NCBI GenBank assembly: GCA_964016885.1
Contig: OZ024743.1
Location: forward strand, 341,434,001 to 341,498,000
Origin: Eledone cirrhosa
Taxonomy: Eukaryota
DNA length: 64,000 nt
Reading direction: 5' to 3'
Both the position numbers and the translations under genes were made by a program. Of the stretch, positions 56,180-64,000 are shown one piece after another (the stretch's first letter is position 1; every line of letters starts with the position of its first letter). The notes below the pieces were generated by a model. That model ran no database searches and was not told the origin of the DNA. It saw only the letters and a list, made by a program, of their open reading frames with translations.

Positions 56180-56356
56180 CATTATTATTATTTCTACTTT
56201 TGGCACAAGGCCAGCATTTATACCAGTACATTACTGGTACTTTAATTTATCGACCCCGTAAGGATGAAAGGCAAAGTTAACCTCGGCGGGATTTGAACTC
56301 AGACCACAAAGGGCCGTAACTCTCTGCTGAAAAGCATGGCGTCCGACCCTCTACCA
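56180..56356 (-). mobile_element. tRNA-derived SINE
   Basis: Same family as 11319, lying between ATT/AAT tracts. Confidence 0.85.
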
Positions 56357-56382
56357 TAATAATAATAATAATAATAATAATA

Positions 56383-58540
56383 AAGATTAGTAAACAGGCA
56401 CACTATCAACCTGATTTGAGTATCACAGGTGAAACTCTTAAAGGGCAGGCCAAAAACTAACCAACTGGAAATCACCAAGCCCAGATGGTGTGCAAGGGTA
56501 TTGGATTAAAAACATAACATCCCTCCACCCGAAACTGACAACCATGTTCAATGACGGCTTGATGTCGGGTGAGGTATCAGACTGGTTGACAAAAGGTACC
56601 ACAGTTCTGGTAATGAAAGACCGAATCAAAGGTAATGATGTTACCAAATATAGGCTCATCACATGTCTGTCCGTAATATGGAAAGTGTTCACAAGCATTG
56701 TGTCTGAGGAAATCTAACATCACCTCCACGTAAACAACTTGCTACCGGCCGAACAGAAAGGATGCCGAAAGAAGTCTCGTGGTACAAAAGACCAGTTACT
56801 TATTGATAAGATGTTAATGAGGAATTTCAAGAGGAGGCACACTGGTCTTGCCATGGGATGGATAGACTACAACAAGGCATTCGACATGGTACCTCATTCT
56901 TTGATAACCAAAGGCCTAGAGATCTTCAAGGTGACAGATAACATCAGACAGTTGTTGAGCAAAAGTATGAAGTCCTGGGAAACAGAGTTAACATCGGGTG
57001 GAGAATTCTTGGGAGGCGTGAAAATCAAGAGCGGTATCTTCCAGGGCGATTGTTTGTCACTCTGCATTTTTTATTTGCCCTGATACTCCTGACCGTTATA
57101 TTGCGAAAGTTGAGAGCAGGATACAAGTTGGGAAAAGGAGAGCTTACCATCAATCACCTCCTCTTCATGGACGATCTTAAACATTTTGGGAAGAGTGAGA
57201 AGGAGTTGGATGTACTTGTTGACACTGTCCGTATTTTCAGCAATGATATATGTATGGAATTTGGTATTAATAAGTGTGGATTCCTAGTGATGAGGGGTAA
57301 ATTGAGCACAAACAACGGAATCAACGTACCAACAGGTGAGATGATAAAGAAAATGACACTGATGAGGGATACAAATATTTAGGTGTTCTGGAAGCAGATG
57401 ACATCAAGAACAAAAAATGAAGGAATTGATAAGATCTGAGTATATAAGGAGAGTAAGGAGCGTATTAAAATCACATCTAAATAGTAGGAATGTAATAAGT
57501 GCAGTGAATTTCCGAGCTGTGTCTATTATTAGGTACAGTGCGGGAATTCTGAGATGGAATGTTGCTGAACAAAAAGAAATGGATATGAAGACTAAGAAGC
57601 TATTGACTATCTACAACATGTTCCACAAGAGGAGTGATGTCGATAGACTCTACTTAAAGAGATCTGAAGGTGGAAGAGGTCTTATCAGCATAGACGACTA
57701 TGTTAAGATGGAGAAAAACAACCTACACAAATACGTGACTGATAGTAGGGAGCCAATAATCAAAATTGTACTGAAGGAGAAGACAATATACCAGGGGATG
57801 TCCAAGGAGGAAATAACAACAGGGAGGAAGAGCAACTTTGATGAAAAATCCCTTCATAGTACCTTCTTTAGGAAAACTGAATTTAGAGATCCAGACATTG
57901 AACTGGTTAAAAGGAGGAGACCTTAAAAAAAGCTACAGAAGGAATGCTAATGGCTGCGCAAGAGCAAGCCCTCAGAATGAAGTGGGTGAAACACCATATT
58001 TATAAGGAAGAGGCTAGTTCACTGTGTTGGATATGTGGAGAGAAGTGGTATGAGCATAAGCCAGAGTCGGTGATAGAAAACGATCAGGTGAATGTGCTGT
58101 GGGACTTTAGGATACAGACGGACAAGAAATTAGAACACAATAGACCTGACCTGGAGATTTTGGACAAGGAAAAAAGATCGTGCCTGATTGTAGATGTAGC
58201 CTGCCCATTTGACACGAGAGTTCAAGAAAAGGAGAGGGAGAAAATTGATCGATACCAGGACTTAAAGTGGGAGGTAAAAGTATTTGGAACTGCCATGAAG
58301 TCAAGGTCGTCTCGATTGTCATAGGCGCACTAGGTACTATCTCAAAGAGCTTACAAGGATGGTTAAAGAAGATTAGTCCAGCCCACTTTTTGGAACACTT
58401 GAAAAGGCATGCTTGCTGGGAACAGCAAGAACCCTCCGATACGTCCTGAATATCCGAGGCTGCAGGTAGCGGCTTGATATTCATTTCAACAAACTTTCCA
58501 GTTAACTAACATCAATGACTGAGACTCAAAGAGTAATAAC

Positions 58541-58598
<58 letters not shown>

Positions 58599-58874
58599 GG
58601 AGGTGAAAAGGATTTGGAACTGCCATGAAGTCAAAGTGATCCCGATTGTCATAGGCGCACTGGGGACTATCTCCAAAAGTTTCCAGGGATGGTTAAAGAA
58701 AATCGGCCCCTTCACGCTTTTTGGAACGCTTCAAAAGGCATGCTTGCTTGGAATAGCAAGAACCCTCCGATACGTCCTGAATATCTGAGGCTGCAGGTAG
58801 TGGCTTGATATTCAATCCAACGGACTTTCCAGTTAACCAACATCAATGACTGAGATTCAAGGAATAACAACAAC

Positions 58875-58921
<47 letters not shown>

Positions 58922-59402
58922 GAGCATAGGCCAGAGGCGGTGATGGAGAACAATCAGGTGAAGGTGCTGTGGGATTTTAGGATACAGACGGACAAAAAAC
59001 TGGAACACAATAGACCTGACCTGGTGGTTGTGGACAAAGAAAAAAGATCGTGCCTGATTGTGGATGTGGCCTGCCCGTTCGACACGAGAGTGCAAGAGAA
59101 GGAGAGGGAGAAAATTAACCGATACCAGGACCTAAAGTGGGAGGTGAAAAGGATTTGGAACTGCCATGAAGTCAAAGTGATCCCGATTGTCATAGGCGCA
59201 CTGGGGACTATCTCCAAAAGTTTCCAGGGATGGTTAAAGAAAATCGGCCCTTTCACGCTTTTTGGAACGCTTCAAAAGGCATGTTTGCTTGGAACAGCAA
59301 GAACCCTCCGATACGTCCTGAATATCTGAGGCTGCAGGTAGTGGCTTGATATTCATTCAAACGGACTTTCCAGTTAACCAACATCAATGACTGAGATTCA
59401 AG
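56383..59402 (+). mobile_element. Second R4/Dong-like family: decayed copy 56383-58532 plus 3' fragments 58597-58862 and 58921-59402
   Basis: [42 protein letters not shown] and HNRPD..VDVACP. Units are separated by (AAT)n. Confidence 0.9.
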
Positions 59403-59412
59403 GAATAACAAC

Positions 59413-59447
<35 letters not shown>

Positions 59448-59449
<2 letters not shown>

Positions 59450-59545
59450 TTTTCTTTATTAACCACAAGGGTTTACATAAAGTAGACAGTACAGGACAAT
59501 ACAGGAGGGTACAAATGGCCATTTCTGCGTGTAAAAAAAAAAAAA
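59448..59545 (-). mobile_element. Tx1-like LINE extreme 3' fragment
   Basis: Matches ~10470-10573. Confidence 0.8.
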
Positions 59546-59564
59546 TAATAATAATAATAATAAA

Positions 59565-60787
59565 AAATAGAAAACTCTTAACCATGCACAGAATGCAACA
59601 CCCTAAGGTAGATACAGATAGAATATATCTCCCTAGGAAAGAAGGAGGGCGTCGATTAATCCAGTTAGATATCGCTTTGAAAATTGCAACAATTAGATTA
59701 TCTACATATCTAAGGGAATCAAAATTATTGGATGATCAAACTCGTTTTGAAACATGAAACCATTACAAAAGATGCACAAAAATACAGTAATTATCTACAA
59801 ATTTCAGAAGTTTAATTTACTGCTGAAATGAAAAACACAGAAAAAGCAAAGCAGGTAAAAGTAACTGCAAAGGAAGAACTGCTACAGAAACTGGCTAGGA
59901 AATGGCAAGAAAAGCCTCTGTATGGAAAATACCCAGAAAGAAGTAACAATCCTCATGTTGACAAAACTTTAACCCATCTGTGGTTGGCATCCTCTGGACT
60001 GAAAGCGGAGACTGAAGGACTGATTATATCAGCACAAGATCAGTGTCTGCCAACAACAAATTACCAAGGCAACATAATAAAAAATGGATGCAGCCCATTA
60101 TGCCGTGTATGTAAAAAACAACCAGAGACCATTGATCATATAATTTCAATGTGCAGTCCTATAGCTCCAACCGAATACCTAAACAAGCACGACAGAGCTG
60201 CACAATACATACATTGGATAATGTGTAAGCCTTTTGACCTGCCCCATCAAAAGAATTGGTGGGACAATCAACGACCTCCCGTAATTGAAAAAGATCACAT
60301 TTCAATCTTGTGAAAATTTAGCATCCAAACTGACCGAAAAATAGATGCAAATACTGAAGGACTTTAAAAAGAGGGTATGCCTGCTAATTGATATGTCCGT
60401 TCCAATAGACAAGAATGTATCTATAAAAACATTTGAAAAACTGAGCAAGTATAAAGACCTGGAGATAGAAATTGGAAAAATGTGGAAGTTGTGAACTAAA
60501 ACAATACCAGTGGTTGTAGGCGCTCTAGGAATGATACCTAAGGGGTCTAATGATTACTTATCCCAAAATCCCAGGAAAGCCACGTGGAGAAGAAATTCCT
60601 AAGATATTACTAATGGGAATTGCCCATATATTATGGAAGATTCTATCAATATAAATACATCACAAGTCTAAACACCTAAAGATTCATGTGTGTGTATGTA
60701 TGTTCTTTCTTGAACATGGCGGACCTTGTTGTCTCTTGAGGTCACTTTGTGATAACTCGTATGAACATAAAGCAAGATAAATGCAAA
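59565..60787 (+). mobile_element. R4/Dong-like family 1, 3' fragment
   Basis: Homologous to 33-1290, including the 3'UTR. Confidence 0.9.
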
Positions 60788-60789
60788 TA

Positions 60790-61098
60790 ATAATAATTGT
60801 TTCTACTTTTGGCACAAGGCCAGCAAATACCCAGTGTATTACTGGTACTTTATTTTATCGACCCCGTAAGGATGAAAGGCAAAGTTAGCCTCGGCGGGAT
60901 TTGAACTCAGAACATAAAGGGACGTAACTCTATGCTTCAAATCATCGTGTCCGACCCTCTACCTATACTGCCACTCTACCGCCTTCAAATAATAATAATA
61001 ATAATAATTGTTTCTACTTTTGGCACAAGGCCAGCAATTACCCAGTGCATTACTGGTACTTTATTCTATCGACCCCGGAAGGATGAAAGGCAAAGTGA
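60790..61098 (-). mobile_element. Two SINE copies (one truncated)
   Basis: Same family as 11319. Confidence 0.85.
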
Positions 61099-61344
61099 AG
61101 ACTAAACCTGTTAAGTGTGAATGCAGCGATTCTTTGCTTAAACTTTAATCTGTTATTTTAATATATATATATATATATAGTAATAATAATAAATTTGAAG
61201 ACTAAAATCCAAAGAGGGCTCGATAAGGATAAATATATATCAAATATATAAGAACCATAGAGCAAATATTTATTAAAATATATACGTATTTGAATGTATG
61301 TAAGCACGTGTGTGTTGTCAGATATATATATATAATACGTGAAT

Positions 61345-61865
61345 ATATATAATATCTGGCGACATACGGTATGTTTATAAATAAACATTTTGAAAGCCTT
61401 CCGCTATGTATTTGAAAACTGATAGCATAGCACCATCTAGTGTGTTCCGCCAGAAGCTAAGTACGGCATCTAGTGTTGATGACGTCATCATTTCTGACTT
61501 TGGTCGTTATCAAACTAGTACTGCCCACCGCGTAGTCCTGGAACACAATATAAGCTAAAACATAGTATAGCATATTTACATTGACGCATATTTACATTGA
61601 CTGATCAGCCAAATTTGCATATAGATTTACGGCTGGCTCAGCCGCAAATAAAGTAGGGGCATTAACACTAACATAGTTTTTGAAATAAGTAAAGTTGTAT
61701 ATCTGGCGACACATGGTATGTTTATAAATAAACATATTGAAAGCCTTCCGCTATGAACTTGAAAACAGATAGCAGAGCGCCATCTGGTGTGTTCCACCAG
61801 AAGCTAAGTACGGGCAGTCAGTGATGATGACGTCATCATTTCCGACTTAGGTCGTTTTAAACTAT
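61345..61865 (+). repeat. Old ~347-bp partial tandem with octamer and decayed hammerhead
   Basis: ~61350-61520 is repeated at ~61698-61864. It shows GGGCAG...TGATGACG/CGTTATCA-AACTAGTA-CTGCCC and ATTTGCAT at 61613. Confidence 0.5.
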
Positions 61866-62155
61866 ATATATATATATATATAAGCAAAGGGATATTTAAT
61901 TTGTTGGTAATTCAACAAAGATATATATTTATAACAGATTGGAAGCACTCGACAGTTTTCTGGAGTATAAGAACAATGATATTAATAAATGAAAACTATA
62001 TTTACAAAACCATATTTATTCTATTATATATATTTCAAGGGTACCAAAACTTTGGTACCCTTGAGACCATAACGATTCAAGTCTATCCAGGTAAAACTTG
62101 AACCGTTAAGGTCTCATTCCTGGATATGTCAATATTTATAAAACAAACTTTGTAT

Positions 62156-62209
62156 TTTATCTGATGAGGCGTACCAAAATTTTGGTACCCTTGAAATATA
62201 TATAATAGA
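62156..62209 (+). ncRNA. Minimal type I hammerhead ribozyme
   Basis: TTTAT-CTGATGA-GGCGTACCA-AAATTT-TGGTACCCTT-GAAATATATATA-ATAGA, overlapping AATAAA. An inverted partial copy lies at ~61974-62064. Confidence 0.75.
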
Positions 62210-62252
62210 ATAAATGTGTTTTATAAATATAGTTTCCATTTATTAATATCAT

Positions 62253-62345
<93 letters not shown>

Positions 62346-62362
62346 CACACATATATATATAC

Positions 62363-62432
<70 letters not shown>

Positions 62433-62671
62433 TCTTTTACTTTTTTACCTTTTCCAGCTATCCGACTGAGGCCATGCTTGCGCACCGCCCTTGAGATTAC
62501 CATATATATATTAATCTAATTGCAAGACACATTCGATGTTTCAGATGAATGCTTTAAGATCTACACAGAAGTAGTCCAATAATATAATGTAAAAATATAA
62601 CCTTTACTTCATCTATGGGTACTTTGCCTTAATTGTGGTTCTTTCTGCACCCAATGGGAGTATTAACAACA

Positions 62672-62784
<113 letters not shown>

Positions 62785-63019
62785 TATATATGTATATATA
62801 TATATAAATATATATACGTACGTATATATATATAAATATATATATATATATTTATATATATATATATGTATATATGTGTGTGTATGTGTGTGTGTGCGTG
62901 TGTGCGTGTGTGTGTGTGTCTATATATATTTTGTATTCCATATACAACGTGAAACTAATAAGACTTTTTCCATCTTTGTTTGTTGTTTCCTTGAAATATA
63001 TATATATATATGTGTGTTC

Positions 63020-63050
<31 letters not shown>

Positions 63051-64000
63051 CGTGTGTGTGTGTGTGGGGGGGGGTGTCTGTGTCTGTGTATACTTATTGT
63101 GGAGTTTGTATTCAATTCTTAATGAAATTGAAACAAATATATATATATTACTCTTGTGTCAGATAATGAGAAAAACTATGATTACAAAAAGTCTTAAGTG
63201 TTTAAGTTGTATATAAAAGAAAAGCTACCGATATATCTTTCCCGACAAAGATTATCTTTATTGATAAATATATATAATGATAACTATACACAGAGTCGTT
63301 AAATTTTACATGGTCCTTAGGGAGACATATTGGAACGTGAGAAATAATGGATAGCTTAATATATTATATCTTTCAATGATGTGTTGTGCTTATATCTAGA
63401 TTCTTTTTAAATGCGGGACTTTATGATTACTTTCTATTGATTTTTCTCGTTTTGGAAATATCTGTTGCTATTCTTAGCAGTGATATATACTCTCAACAAT
63501 GTTACTTTTTAAAATATAATCTTTGAAGTGATATTTCACAATATTTGAGATATTAATATAAACTGTATTATTAATAGGTTTATTACTTTATTATACATAA
63601 ACTTACATATGTTCAGCTGTTAATTTGGTTGAGTCAGGAAGTTAAATAAACACAGTTTTGCCAAGCCACGACATCGTTGATTTATCTTTTGTTAGTTCCA
63701 TTAACGGAAATATTAAAGGTTACCAGATGGTCTTGCATCATTACGTGCTAGACTATTGTTAGAAATAGGAGGTACATTTACGTTTAAAAGCGACATGCGC
63801 GTCGTCTTTAAAAAAGGAAAGTATACAAATACAACACTCCACATAACTAACTTCCTTTTCTAAACCTCACACACTACTCATACATATTCCTATTCTCTCC
63901 CTATCCGGACATTACTGGTGAAGGACTTCTGTTGGAAACGTTGAATCTCTTCCACCACTACCTCCAAGCGTGAACCTAATATAACTGTGTATATTTCCAA

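Overview
This window is repeat-dominated, AT-rich animal DNA with no recognisable host gene. The (TA)n/(ATT)n richness and the SINE/LINE content suggest an octopus or other coleoid cephalopod (inference). It contains clusters of R4/Dong-like and Tx1/L1-like LINEs and a tRNA-derived SINE, all inserted in (TAA/TTA)n tracts. It also holds a decayed RTE LINE with a candidate 5' HDV-like ribozyme, a Penelope-like GIY-YIG remnant, Helitron fragments and an internally deleted Gypsy element. The main discovery is an unusual density of self-cleaving ribozyme motifs: about 35 complete, partial or decayed type I hammerheads (HHRs) read by eye, from roughly 15 non-coding repeat families. The clearest case is a near-perfect 422-bp x 8.3 tandem array (38045-41550). 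Each unit carries a minimal hammerhead downstream of an octamer...TATA snRNA-like promoter arrangement, making it a candidate retrozyme/circRNA system. Three families use the compensatory U3-A8 core variant (UUGANAA), which standard CUGANGA searches miss. All folds were derived by manual base-pairing; no searches or folding programs were run.
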